Source: a virus
Taxonomy: Duplodnaviria > Caudoviricetes
DNA length: 59,400 bases
IMG/VR virus record: IMGVR_UViG_3300032046_000028
Coordinates: 1-59,400 of that record
Direction: 5' to 3' (one strand)
Shown here: positions 48,327 to 58,563 of the stretch, in pieces
Numbering within the stretch: the stretch's first letter is position 1
Layout of the letters: the number at the start of each line of letters is the position of its first letter
Position numbers and translations under genes: made by a program
The notes under the pieces: generated by a model
Told to the model about the DNA's origin: nothing
The model's database searches: none
What the model saw: the letters and a program-made list of their open reading frames with translations, nothing else

Positions 48327-50378
48327 GTGTACCCTATAATCGAGAAGTACAGTTGGTTAAGCAAGGATATGACAGTCAACGATGCACCAGGCGACAAAGT
48401 GATAATTCGTGGACCAGCTCTTTTTAGTGTTGAAAAATATTTCAAGCAAGGAGTCAGTCAAAACCTACGCAAATACATTCAAGACGAAGTGATACGGAGT
48501 GCACGCACGTTAAAAGGCGCAGAAATTGACGTTAACCATGAAATCAGTGTTTGGGAAGAAACGAGAAAGGGTTCTAAACCCCACGGCAAAGGTCACGTGC
48601 TCTACGGTGAAGAAGAAAACGGTGTGGTAGAATACGTTGCTGAAGTCAACGACAAAGTGTATGCTGGAAAAGTAAGGGACACAGATAAAGTTCGCAGGGG
48701 AGTAATCACTGAAAAAGACTATTTTGAAAAATGGGGCAAAAAACCTCTCCTCGGAGTAAGTGTGGACGCAGAGTTTCTACATCTACGTTGCATAAAATGT
48801 GGGCAGAAATTCTACAGCGGTAAAGAATACGAGAAGCACATGGCTGATGTTGAGTTGGTCAAGAACTTCGAGTATGAACCTCACGGCATAGTGTTTCGCA
48901 GACTCAGTTTGGTAGAACCGCCTGAACAGCCAGGCGTGATCGGGGCTTCTTTTGAAGTTTTAGAAACGAAGCAGGCTGGATATGAACAGTTATTGGAAAC
49001 AATAACAAAAGTGCATGAGGAACAAACAATGAGTAATATTGGAATTAGAAAGGAAGGACATGTTGCAGTAGGCAAAACAGGCATAATCCCAGAAGAAAAA
49101 GAAGCGAAGCCAAAACAAGAAACTAAAGAAGCCAAAGTTGAAGAACAAAAGAAACCAACCGCAAAAGAAGAAGTCATCGCGCAACCTATTTCACCGTTAC
49201 TGAAAGAAGTGAAACTGGCCAAATTCAAACTGGACGAATCCGTGCCCAAAATGAGTTTAGGCGAACCCTTTGCTGGTTATACTGACTTTGCCGATTGCGT
49301 AGCAAAAAACAGTGACAAAGACAATCCTGAAGCGTACTGTGGAAGCATTAAGCATCAGGTTGAAGGCGAAACCTACTTCCGTACAAAAGTTGCCGAATAT
49401 TTCAACAATATCACAGAAACGTTTCCGCAAATCGCAAGCAACCTCACAACAATCTATGAAGACTTGTGCATACGAATTGACGGTTTGCCGAAAGACGATG
49501 TTTCGTGGAAGGAACAGTTTTCAACCGTCACGGCAACCTTAGACGCAAAACTTGGCGAAATCAGAACCATTATAGAATCCATTCCTAAAGACGACCTTGC
49601 TTGGAAAGAACTCAAAATCCCCGACTTAATCCCTCTTACAAAACGACTGGATGAACTGAAGATTCCAGACTTGAAACCGCTTGAATCAAAACTTGAAGAA
49701 ACAACAAAAACCATCATTGGATTGGTGACAACACTAGAAAAGAAAGTTGCTGAAATCAAAATTCCAGATTTGGCACCTCTTCAGAAGAAACTTGACGAAA
49801 CTGCCAAAACCATTCCTGACTTAGCACCATTAGTAAAGAGGTTTGACGAACTGAAAATACCTGACTTGGCACCTCTACAGAAGAGACTGGATGAACTGAA
49901 GATTCCAGACATTGCACCGTTGGAAAAGAAATTGGCTGAACTAAAGATACCTGATATAGCACCACTTGAGAAGAAACTAAGCGAAATCAAAATGCCCGAT
50001 TTGGAACCCCTCAACAAAGAAATCTTAGCATTAAAAGAGACTATAAAAACTTTAGAAAAGAATTCAGAAGACAAAACCAAGAAGATTGATGAGAAAGTCG
50101 AAGCTGGACTAAAAGAATTCAAAACAATCCTAGACATATCGGACAAAAACTATGTGGGCCTTGAAAAGAGTTTTGAAGATTACCGCAAAGTGGCAGAGAC
50201 AAGAGCCAAAGAACGAGAAGATAACAAAGTCAAAGAAACAACCGACGTAAACGCTAAACTAGACGCTCTTAAAACGGACACAGACAATCTAAAGGACAAA
50301 CTGAAACCCCAATTTAAAGGACAAGCCAAAGAACAAACCGCTAAGAAAGACGTAGGCACATCTAACTGGCACCCATAG
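48327..50378 (+). CDS. Prohead protease-scaffold fusion
   Basis: SQNLRKY, IDVNH, GVSV, LSLV…PG; C2H2-like insert; coiled-coil C-terminus; upstream of capsid genes. Confidence 0.75.
   Translation: MYPIIEKYSWLSKDMTVNDAPGDKVIIRGPALFSVEKYFKQGVSQNLRKYIQDEVIRSARTLKGAEIDVNHEISVWEETRKGSKPHGKGHVLYGEEENGVVEYVAEVNDKVYAGKVRDTDKVRRGVITEKDYFEKWGKKPLLGVSVDAEFLHLRCIKCGQKFYSGKEYEKHMADVELVKNFEYEPHGIVFRRLSLVEPPEQPGVIGASFEVLETKQAGYEQLLETITKVHEEQTMSNIGIRKEGHVAVGKTGIIPEEKEAKPKQETKEAKVEEQKKPTAKEEVIAQPISPLLKEVKLAKFKLDESVPKMSLGEPFAGYTDFADCVAKNSDKDNPEAYCGSIKHQVEGETYFRTKVAEYFNNITETFPQIASNLTTIYEDLCIRIDGLPKDDVSWKEQFSTVTATLDAKLGEIRTIIESIPKDDLAWKELKIPDLIPLTKRLDELKIPDLKPLESKLEETTKTIIGLVTTLEKKVAEIKIPDLAPLQKKLDETAKTIPDLAPLVKRFDELKIPDLAPLQKRLDELKIPDIAPLEKKLAELKIPDIAPLEKKLSEIKMPDLEPLNKEILALKETIKTLEKNSEDKTKKIDEKVEAGLKEFKTILDISDKNYVGLEKSFEDYRKVAETRAKEREDNKVKETTDVNAKLDALKTDTDNLKDKLKPQFKGQAKEQTAKKDVGTSNWHP
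49608..50027 (+). repeat. Eight ~15-aa ELKIPDLAPLxKKL repeats in the scaffold region
   Basis: Visible in translation and as ~45-bp DNA repeats. Confidence 0.85.
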
Positions 50379-50391
50379 GAGATGAAGCAAA

Positions 50392-51495
50392 ATGCTTAAC
50401 AAACCATTCCTATCAATACAGGAACTGCTTGAGAAAACCGAGAAACAACGCAAAAACGTAGAGAACTGTCTTGACAGAGGATTCTTCCATCCAAACGAAG
50501 CCAGCATACTTGACGACCAGAAGGCGGAAGATTACGCGGCTATTAAAGAAACCCTAAGAGCAATTCCACTGCATAAGATTCTGGAGTACCTTGGACGCGG
50601 ACAGACGTTAGGAGACTACTTTGTAGCTGACAAAATATACGACGACATACTATTCTTCAGCCAAGAAACCGACAAAGTTCCATTCATCAGCGCGCATATG
50701 GTTAACGGTTGGGAAGGCGCAGACCTCAAAGTACCCATAGCCAGACGCGAAGGATTCAAGACCAACGACAGCGTAAGCGGCGCGTTACAGCCTAGCGAAA
50801 CAGTTGAATCTAAAGTGCCAACGCTTACACCTAAATTCTTCAGCATAGCACCAAGAATAGGCGCAGACCTCATAGACGACGCACACTTGAACGGCAGAAT
50901 GATCGAGTGGCACCTACGCAATGCGGCAAAAGCAATCGGACTCAAAGCAACAGACATGGCCCTCACAGTCCTAGAAACGGCAACTGACGGCTGGGGCACA
51001 CTCAACAGCGGAGCCGCAAGCGCGGACGAAACCACAATTGCAAACGTGATAACAGCAGTGACCGACAACACAGACGACTACTGGACAAGTAACACGGTAC
51101 TTTGCACGGGCGAAGCGTGGGAACACAGCATAGGATTCGGAATAGGCGAAGCAGTAGCCGCTGCAGGCACTTATTGGAAGCCATACGCAGTTTATACAGT
51201 TCCATCAATCAGGCCAGTTGCAGACGGGTTCGATTTTAGACTGTTGAATGTTGACGTGATGCTTCTTAACGCTGACGCATTGCACGCGAAAGGCCAGTTG
51301 CCAGGCACAGCTATGACGGATTGCAAAACCATAGTTATGGACAGGACTAACGCTTTGTTTACTGGACGAAAACGTTGGATGCAAATAGACAATTACAGCG
51401 ACCCAATTAAAGACTTGGCAGGCGCGGTCATCACGTGCAGGCAGGGCAGTGTGACACTGTTTAACGACGCAATTTATGTGCTGACTGAAACGTAG
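50392..51495 (+). CDS. Major capsid protein paralog 1 (HK97-like)
   Basis: Follows protease; IGADLIDD, C-terminal GRKRWMQIDNYSDPIKDL…AI. Confidence 0.75.
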   Translation: MLNKPFLSIQELLEKTEKQRKNVENCLDRGFFHPNEASILDDQKAEDYAAIKETLRAIPLHKILEYLGRGQTLGDYFVADKIYDDILFFSQETDKVPFISAHMVNGWEGADLKVPIARREGFKTNDSVSGALQPSETVESKVPTLTPKFFSIAPRIGADLIDDAHLNGRMIEWHLRNAAKAIGLKATDMALTVLETATDGWGTLNSGAASADETTIANVITAVTDNTDDYWTSNTVLCTGEAWEHSIGFGIGEAVAAAGTYWKPYAVYTVPSIRPVADGFDFRLLNVDVMLLNADALHAKGQLPGTAMTDCKTIVMDRTNALFTGRKRWMQIDNYSDPIKDLAGAVITCRQGSVTLFNDAIYVLTET

Positions 51496-51499
51496 CAGA

Positions 51500-51577
51500 T
51501 TCCTTCTTTTCTTTTACTTTATGATTCAAAGTAACCCTAGAGGTAACACTCTAGTTTACACGCTGAAAAGCGTAAAC
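51500..51577 (+). promoter_or_regulatory. Pyrimidine tract plus three adjacent hairpins
   Basis: TTACTTT/AAAGTAA, CTAGAG/CTCTAG, ACGCT-GAAA-AGCGT. Confidence 0.5.
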
Positions 51578-51594
51578 AAAAACTCGAAGAGGAG

Positions 51595-52053
51595 TTGAAA
51601 AAAATGGTAGACTATTGGAGCAAAGAGGAAGGCGCAATATTCGACGCATGCAGTTACATACTTCCATGCAGAGCATCAACAGTAATCGTGTTAGGCAGCG
51701 CAGTTAAAGCCACAACCACTCAGACGGACGGAGCAATAGAAGTCGCGCCAGCCACAGCAGTAGGCGACGGCTTCGCAGTAGCATGCAAAGCCGCAGCCGC
51801 AGACGACGACGTAATCCCCGTACTGTTTTACGGAGTCTATAAAATGCTTACAACGGGCACAGCCGTAACGATCCTGATGGGCAGCACAGTTATGAACAGC
51901 ATAACCACAAGCGTAATATCCACGATGAACCTTGGCGCAACCACAGCCACGATGGTGGCTTTCGGCGGAGCTAGTTACATCCTTGGAATGGCACTTCAAA
52001 AAGCAGCAGCAGTTGGAGACGAAATCCTGATCCTCGTCGGCAAATGCCTCTAG
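51595..52053 (+). CDS. Capsid cement/decoration protein (DUF2190-like)
   Basis: Ala/Gly-rich; LGMALQKAAAVGDEILILV. Confidence 0.7.
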   Translation: MKKMVDYWSKEEGAIFDACSYILPCRASTVIVLGSAVKATTTQTDGAIEVAPATAVGDGFAVACKAAAADDDVIPVLFYGVYKMLTTGTAVTILMGSTVMNSITTSVISTMNLGATTATMVAFGGASYILGMALQKAAAVGDEILILVGKCL

Positions 52054-52066
52054 GAGCCTGAAGGCA

Positions 52067-53224
52067 ATGCCAGAAAAACTAACAGAAACAATGGGCTTCC
52101 AGAAACTAGCCGAGTCAGTAAGCATTAAGGAAGCAAACGGATTCAAAGGACCAGCATGGATCATACGCGAGCAATTGGAAAGAGGCTACTTCGACCCGAA
52201 CGAGGCAGACGCTATAGACGCTTGGCTCGGACTAGGCGAAGGCGTAGCAGAAAACATCATAGCAAACGTGAAACGCATCCCATTCAGAGAATTCTTCGAC
52301 CACAAACACGGCAAAATCAAAGAGTTCCTAGCAAGCAGTGGCACAGACGGAATCGCAGGCGCATACTACCTCATACCCGTGAAGCTTTACACGCAGTTGC
52401 AGACAGAAGCTGTTCAATCAGACTGCGTACCCCTAATCAGCAAAGCAATTCTCGGACCAGAAGAATTGTCGCCTGGAACAACAAAAATAGACATTATGAA
52501 AGACGGCCAATACGCATTCAACGAAACCAGCACCGGCGCAATCATGCCTACGTCAACACTGGAAACTTTGCAGGCAACGCTTGACTTCAGCAAAATATGG
52601 AGTATGAACATTAGATTAGCTGGAGACTTAATTGAAGACAGCCTGTTCGGCCTACTTGAACTTCATGTGAACGAAGCGGGAAGACAAATCGGCGAGAAAG
52701 CCAGCGACTTAGCAATCACGATACTGTACACCGCGCCAGACGGCGATGGCACATTAAACGCGAATGCAGCGGGAAGTACCACGGCAAACACGAGCAAATG
52801 GATTGATACTGGCGTCACGGGTTTAAGAGACACGGTGAACCTGTGCCTCGCAGACGGGTATACTCCAGACACGCTGGTTATAACTCATCATGCTATGGGA
52901 AATGACGTCATGGCTACAACTGGACAGACGGCAAATGAAAGTCAGATGTACGACGGTTTCATCAAGACTGGTTGGCCGACAAGCATTGCGGGAATGAACA
53001 TTGTCTACAGCGATACAGACTACCTAAGTTTGAACCAAGTGTACACTACTTGCAGAGCCGCCGTGTTCGCAAAACAATATGCGTTGCTGACAGGACGCAA
53101 ACGTTGGATGAGAGTGGAAAACTACAGCGAACCAGTACGCGACTTGAAAGGCGCTACAGTAACCTTCCGACAAGACTCAGTTACACTTTACAAAGACGCA
53201 ATCGGCGCATTCATCGAAACATAG
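52067..53224 (+). CDS. Major capsid protein paralog 2 (HK97-like)
   Basis: YLIP, DLIEDS, PDTLVI, IAGMNI, GRKRWMRVENYSEPVRDL…AI. Confidence 0.8.
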   Translation: MPEKLTETMGFQKLAESVSIKEANGFKGPAWIIREQLERGYFDPNEADAIDAWLGLGEGVAENIIANVKRIPFREFFDHKHGKIKEFLASSGTDGIAGAYYLIPVKLYTQLQTEAVQSDCVPLISKAILGPEELSPGTTKIDIMKDGQYAFNETSTGAIMPTSTLETLQATLDFSKIWSMNIRLAGDLIEDSLFGLLELHVNEAGRQIGEKASDLAITILYTAPDGDGTLNANAAGSTTANTSKWIDTGVTGLRDTVNLCLADGYTPDTLVITHHAMGNDVMATTGQTANESQMYDGFIKTGWPTSIAGMNIVYSDTDYLSLNQVYTTCRAAVFAKQYALLTGRKRWMRVENYSEPVRDLKGATVTFRQDSVTLYKDAIGAFIET

Positions 53225-53240
53225 GCAACCAACCTAACCC

Positions 53241-53267
53241 TTTTCTCTTTTCTCCCTTTTTTCCTTC
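53241..53267 (+). terminator. Archaeal-type pyrimidine-rich terminator candidate
   Basis: TTTTCTCTTTTCTCCCTTTTTTCCTTC after MCP2. Confidence 0.5.
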
Positions 53268-53280
53268 TAGGTGAACAATT

Positions 53281-53625
53281 ATGGGTTTACGAGTTAAATG
53301 TCCAAGATGCGGAAAACTTGTTACGGCACGTTCTGGCGTTTCAGACGTAGAATGCGACTGCCACCTCTACTGTGACGAGGGCGAAAAACCGCAGGACTGC
53401 ACCATGACCCCAATCAATTTTGAAGGCGTGTTGAATTGGCCACGTGGAATACACACCAACGACGATTCAGTAGTTGATCCAGACCGTCCGCAACACCAAC
53501 ATTACTATTGCACTGTTCATGAACGGTACAGCGAAAAAACAGCCATACTAATTCCTGTAGACTGGACTAAACTTGACAACCGAGCAAACAGCAGTTATAG
53601 AGATTTTGGTAAGGGAACATTTTAA
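53281..53625 (+). CDS. Cys/His-rich protein
   Basis: CPRC…CDCHLYC…YCTVH; GGTGA SD. Confidence 0.6.
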   Translation: MGLRVKCPRCGKLVTARSGVSDVECDCHLYCDEGEKPQDCTMTPINFEGVLNWPRGIHTNDDSVVDPDRPQHQHYYCTVHERYSEKTAILIPVDWTKLDNRANSSYRDFGKGTF

Positions 53626-53742
53626 GTTGGTCGGATGTTTCCCGTTGGCAAATCGGGGTTTGCGTTGAGAAGCATAACATGCCGCGGAACACGTTTCGTG
53701 GTTAGCCCCACTTGTATCCTAAGTCTGCGTTATCCAACCAAC
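53626..53742 (+). ncRNA. Candidate small multibranch RNA
   Basis: Closing stem GTTGGTCGGAT/ATCCAACCAAC enclosing several hairpins, one with GU pairs. Confidence 0.45.
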
Positions 53743-53786
53743 AAGAAATCAATATGGATTTTCTAGTATAAAAAAGGTTTGAGAAT

Positions 53787-54556
53787 TTGAACTGGCTTAA
53801 AAATTACAGAGAAAACAAACGACTGGAAACTATCATGCGGCGGTACGGTGGCCAAAACAACATGGCAATGCAATGCAGCGCATGTGATTTCTGGCGTTGT
53901 CCCCGAACCGTTAAGGCAGATGGAACAGTCAAGTATGGTAACTGGGGATGCGAAGTACCCTCTTTAAAAACTAAAGATTTCAGGGGCAACACTTGTCTGA
54001 AATGGACTCCGAGAAATAAAACTAACCCGCTGCGTCTGGTTGTGAGTGGCCGTTGAACTGCAACCCATTATGCAGGTACATCAATGGCAACATGAAAAGG
54101 TTTCATCTGACCTGTCTAACTTGTCCAATAAGAAAAAGCCACTATGGAAACAGTGATTACGTACGAAAAAAGCGTTTGTACGTGATGTGTGAGAGTTCCC
54201 GCAAAGAGGGCATGCCTATCCCCAAGAAATATATTGCATATTTTGTTGTTATCAACGTTAAATCGCGGATGCCTGAATTCAGACACGCAATCGTGAAGAA
54301 CCTGTTGAGTATAGTAGAATTTTTTGCACAGTTATAAAGAGGTGAATCAAACATGATTGAAGAAAATGATGTATATGTTCCGTCGTTAGAACTGTTAGAA
54401 CAGAAAACAGAAGTACCCGTTCAAAAACCAGTTAAAAACGATTTAGTGAAAGAAATCTTGGCTCGTGCCCCTTCATTGGTAGAAGTGCAAAAGAACGCTT
54501 GGCTCTACACTGAATGGCTCGCCGAATTAGTTCGTGCAGTAGAGGCGGTTGAATGA
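53787..54556 (+). other. Three small ORFs (53787..54056, 54053..54337, 54353..54556)
   Basis: Coupled; first two Cys-rich. Confidence 0.5.
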
Positions 54557-54945
54557 CAACTATTACAGCTCAAGGAATCTTAGACGAAAACAACTATACA
54601 ATCGCAGAAATCAGCCTAGTGAAGACGGCGTTACTTATTGACAATGCGATTAACTATGTGAACCTGCGTTGCGGTCTATCAATGGCAACTACGGTAGGTG
54701 GATCAGTAACTTTGACGGGTAATCAGTCTGTCGTTGTGAAACTATTAGCAACGCTTATGGTGCGGGCCTACGTGGATCGCGGACCAAACACTGCCGTTGG
54801 CGGCTTAAGTGTAACCAGCATCATAAACGATCCGCAGTACGCTTTGTATAATGCAATGATTGAAGCTGGAATTTTGAGTCTGATAGGAACCAGCACTACT
54901 GGTGCGACTACAACGCAACGAGCTTTTTTGGTAACGCAGGTGTAG
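54553..54945 (+). CDS. Head-tail adaptor-like protein
   Basis: LIDNAINYVN…VGGLSV; position after capsid genes. Confidence 0.6.
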   Translation: MTTITAQGILDENNYTIAEISLVKTALLIDNAINYVNLRCGLSMATTVGGSVTLTGNQSVVVKLLATLMVRAYVDRGPNTAVGGLSVTSIINDPQYALYNAMIEAGILSLIGTSTTGATTTQRAFLVTQV

Positions 54946-54947
54946 CA

Positions 54948-55175
54948 ATGGATAAAGCATTTTTTGACCATGCAAGATTTGACTATACACGATTCGATGT
55001 GTACCTACCACATTCCACTCTTGATGAGATGACCGCAAAGTTGAAAATGCTTACAAGAGGTCAAGGCGGTCTTGACCCAGCGATCGTGGGCAGTTGTCGA
55101 GCAGGCTACTTCCGTGCAGGCGTCACAATTCCGATTTTTGAAAGTATGGTGAAAAGGTTGGAGAGGTTAGGATGA
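54948..55175 (+). CDS. Small virion protein
   Basis: FFDHARFDYTRFD motif; coupled. Confidence 0.5.
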   Translation: MDKAFFDHARFDYTRFDVYLPHSTLDEMTAKLKMLTRGQGGLDPAIVGSCRAGYFRAGVTIPIFESMVKRLERLG

Positions 55176-56347
55176 GCACATACGGCAAAAACGTGACGCA
55201 TGTAGACGGCGAAATGTTCAACGCTGTAGAATGGAACAAACTCATAGACTACGTGACTTATGATACATATGCGTTAGCAATTGTGGGTACTGCAGGTTGG
55301 GGAGCCGCTGAAAGACTAAGGATGGTGGCTGTCAGCGGAGAAGGCAAATGGTACTACTGGAACGGGTCTTCACTTACTGGCTTTCCGAGTGTGGGCGGTT
55401 CAGGCGCTCCAACAGACGCTTCTTATCTTACGATTAATGTAGAAGCAGGACTTAGTGCGGAAACGCAACATGAAAACTTGACCAATGTTACAGGACATTT
55501 GCATGAACCAAAATATCATAAGGCAAGCCACCAAGACGGCGGCGCAGACGAAATAAGCGTAACGGGCCTCAGCGGAGTATTAGCAGATGACCAAGACGCG
55601 GACCACATCAAAGGCGTAACCGTAGATGACACAGATAAAGCAAACGGGAAAACTCTAGTTTTCAATTCTGGAACTGGCAACCTAGAATATGAAGCGTTTG
55701 GCGCGGGCACGGGCGACATGACAAAAGCCGTGTATGACACAGATGCCGATAACGTGGTGGAAAGTGCGGATAACGCTGACACCGTGGATACTTATCATGC
55801 AGCCGCTTTTGCTTTGGTAACTCATAAGGACACTCATAAAACAGGCGGCGGAGCAAACGCTTTCTTAATCACTGATTTGTTAGACGGTCTTTCTCGAATT
55901 AACATAGCCAAAAGCGGCGCAGTAATCGGTACGCGAAGAGGCATAGATTTCATTCCTGGAACAGGCGTTACCCTCACAGTCACAGACGTGCCGGGCACTC
56001 CAACCACTGAAAAAGTAACCGTGCAAATAGACACGACTGCCAGCACGGAACCCCACGACATTTTAAGCACGCAACATTCAGACACGACAATCGCAACGGA
56101 AGTTGACGGCAGCATACTGCAGTACGTCACGAACAAGTGGGTTCAAAAGAAAAGCAAACGAGGCATTGCAACCGTAGCAAATGGCGGCACAATCGCGCAT
56201 GGACTCGGACTGACACCGACAACCGTCTTTGTGAATGCAAAGGCATTGCAACCTTACGCTACAGGCTGGAACGTGGACGGAACAAACATTACGGTCTATC
56301 ATAATGCGGCGGGGTCATTGACGGTTTCTTATTGGGCAATAGAGTGA
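55172..56347 (+). CDS. Fibre-like virion protein
   Basis: HKASHQDGGADEI, GDMTKAVYD, TIAHGLG…YWA motifs typical of fibres. Confidence 0.65.
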   Translation: MSTYGKNVTHVDGEMFNAVEWNKLIDYVTYDTYALAIVGTAGWGAAERLRMVAVSGEGKWYYWNGSSLTGFPSVGGSGAPTDASYLTINVEAGLSAETQHENLTNVTGHLHEPKYHKASHQDGGADEISVTGLSGVLADDQDADHIKGVTVDDTDKANGKTLVFNSGTGNLEYEAFGAGTGDMTKAVYDTDADNVVESADNADTVDTYHAAAFALVTHKDTHKTGGGANAFLITDLLDGLSRINIAKSGAVIGTRRGIDFIPGTGVTLTVTDVPGTPTTEKVTVQIDTTASTEPHDILSTQHSDTTIATEVDGSILQYVTNKWVQKKSKRGIATVANGGTIAHGLGLTPTTVFVNAKALQPYATGWNVDGTNITVYHNAAGSLTVSYWAIE

Positions 56348-56352
56348 TTTGA

Positions 56353-57744
56353 ATGACGGAACCAGTAACGAAGTATCCAGGAGACAACATTACAAGCGAA
56401 TGGGCAAACGCTCTACTGACATATCTGGAAAATTTGGAGCCTGGAACCGCAGGCTATACTTACATGATTTACGAGTCAGACGGAGTTTACTATGCTAAGA
56501 ATGGAATAACAAACGAGAACGATTTTGAAGGTCCAGTATTACTAGCGGTTGTTCAAAGTGCTGTAGACGCGATTACGGAAGGCATAATAGTTTTCAGGAA
56601 TCTGTCGGTTCCCGCTGGATTAATAGAGAAAGACGGCGTTATCCTTATTTCCCGAAACGACGGCAACTATATAGAAAGATACACTAATCCTACTGTTGAA
56701 GTTTCGACAAGTAATCCAGACAACAAAAGTATGCACAGTCTAATCGCTTATCCAACAAATGATCCTACAAACGTTGTAGGTACAGCGGCGTGGTGTGTAT
56801 TAACAAGCGAAATCTTCGGCAAGGTAGGAATGTCCAAATTTATTGCGGCTGGCTATTTCGCTGCTGTTTCAGGCGCAAGCAACTGTCACCTTTGGGGTTT
56901 AAATCCTCTCGTGAACATTTCAGCAGATGCAGGAGCAGGTGCTAACGCGATAGGCGTTGAAATTGATGTTAACAACTGGAAAACAGACGGGTTGTGTCAT
57001 GGGTTAACTGTTGAAGGCACGGGAACGCATGATTGTAGTCACGCGATTTGGGTGATGCGGGCTGCGAACAAATGGCAGTATGGCTTGACATTGCAGGACA
57101 TTTTGAATGTGGCCCTTGACATCCAACAAGATTTTGTTTATGCACCGATGAAGTGGACTCCAACAACAGACCTTAATGTTCCTTACATATACGCAACTAA
57201 CGCGGCAGAAACACTTAACACACTTGAAATAAAGAAAGGATCAATAAACATTAATCAGTTAGACGCTTGGACTGATGCTTATCTTCGTCTAACACATAAT
57301 AATGTTGATAAAGTGATTATTTCTGAGGATGGACAAACATTCTATGGTTCTCCTTATTTAATGTGGAACCCAACCGCTGACACGGATGACGTGTTGATTA
57401 ACTGCATGGATGTGGCAAAAACTAAGAATTTGATGGAAATACGGAAAGGTCAAATCAGGATAAATCAACTTGACGCTTTTGCAAACCCGTTTTTACGTTT
57501 TTACCATAATGACATCGAAACATTTCAAGTTGACCAAACAGGAAAAATATACTTCACAACTGACACGGACCTGTTTAGAAATGCGGCGAACGAGTTGAGG
57601 ACAAATGATTCATTTCAGGCAAATGGCTATAAAAGTGCAGACGGAACAACTGGTCTAACCCAAGATGTAACTGTAAGAAATGCTGCAGGAGATGGCACAA
57701 CGACGTTATCTTTCAAAAGCGGTCTTTTAGTTAGTGTTACTTGA
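56353..57744 (+). CDS. Fibre/spike-like virion protein
   Basis: YYAKNG…VVQSAVDA, duplicated NQLDA unit, C-terminal LSFKSGLLV. Confidence 0.6.
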   Translation: MTEPVTKYPGDNITSEWANALLTYLENLEPGTAGYTYMIYESDGVYYAKNGITNENDFEGPVLLAVVQSAVDAITEGIIVFRNLSVPAGLIEKDGVILISRNDGNYIERYTNPTVEVSTSNPDNKSMHSLIAYPTNDPTNVVGTAAWCVLTSEIFGKVGMSKFIAAGYFAAVSGASNCHLWGLNPLVNISADAGAGANAIGVEIDVNNWKTDGLCHGLTVEGTGTHDCSHAIWVMRAANKWQYGLTLQDILNVALDIQQDFVYAPMKWTPTTDLNVPYIYATNAAETLNTLEIKKGSININQLDAWTDAYLRLTHNNVDKVIISEDGQTFYGSPYLMWNPTADTDDVLINCMDVAKTKNLMEIRKGQIRINQLDAFANPFLRFYHNDIETFQVDQTGKIYFTTDTDLFRNAANELRTNDSFQANGYKSADGTTGLTQDVTVRNAAGDGTTTLSFKSGLLVSVT

Positions 57745-57753
57745 GGTTCATAA

Positions 57754-58563
57754 ATGCCTATAACTTGCGATGTGACTCGACGGCGACTAACGCTTGGTAC
57801 ACGCGACACGATCACGGGTTGGAGAGCGAAAACTTGGGAAGACAGAACGATTAGCGGTATACTTGTTCCAGGTTCAAGTCTGCCCATTTCAACATTAGCA
57901 GGTACATATGTTCGTTCAGATGCCCTTTTCAGTACAATGGATGGATTATTGGAAGGCGAAGAAATAGAAACTGCAACTGGTCAATTCTATGAAGTAAAAA
58001 CAATGAAAGAACGGTATATGGGCAATAGTTTTGCCTATCGAGATTGTGAGTTAACATTATTATCTATGCACGCAGACGTTGACTATAGCACTTACACGGG
58101 CACGTTCTTAGTGGATGATGCAAGGCATAGGCAGAAAGCGTTCTTGGACTTTTATTGGACTGCGGCAAATTGCGAAGACGACACAGGTACAGCATTAGGA
58201 ACCATAGTCATGTATGCCAATCCTGATTATCCGTTAAGTCTAGAATTGAAAGAGCCAAGTGCCCTTGATGTAATCATTACGGTTGATAAAGCTACATCTA
58301 AACCGTTGCGCGGCCACGACTTTATTCCATATGGTTACGAAGAAACCGTGCCAGTTGACATTTGGAGCATGAACAAAACAGGCGTAACCGCTGTGAAAGC
58401 TGTTCAACAATGCGAAACGGAACTGCGTAGCATTCTAGAAACTTATTATGCACAGGGCAGTTTGCGTGGGTTTGACAAGACAAGCGACGGCACGAAAGTT
58501 TTGGGTTCTGCCACGCTTTACAATGCACATTATAGTCTGGTTTATTCGAGGGATACGACTTGA
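57754..58563 (+). CDS. Head-closure plus terminator-like fusion protein
   Basis: N-half stopper-like (GEEI…FYEVK…CEL), C-half terminator-like (VDIWS…ELRSIL). Confidence 0.5.
   Translation: MPITCDVTRRRLTLGTRDTITGWRAKTWEDRTISGILVPGSSLPISTLAGTYVRSDALFSTMDGLLEGEEIETATGQFYEVKTMKERYMGNSFAYRDCELTLLSMHADVDYSTYTGTFLVDDARHRQKAFLDFYWTAANCEDDTGTALGTIVMYANPDYPLSLELKEPSALDVIITVDKATSKPLRGHDFIPYGYEETVPVDIWSMNKTGVTAVKAVQQCETELRSILETYYAQGSLRGFDKTSDGTKVLGSATLYNAHYSLVYSRDTT

Noticed and set aside
53656-53710. tRNA gene
   Set aside because: Acceptor-like GGGGTT/AGCCCC-A but too short, with no anticodon arm or TTC T-loop
55172-57744. Diversity-generating retroelement acting on fibres
   Set aside because: No reverse transcriptase and no TR/VR pair noticed
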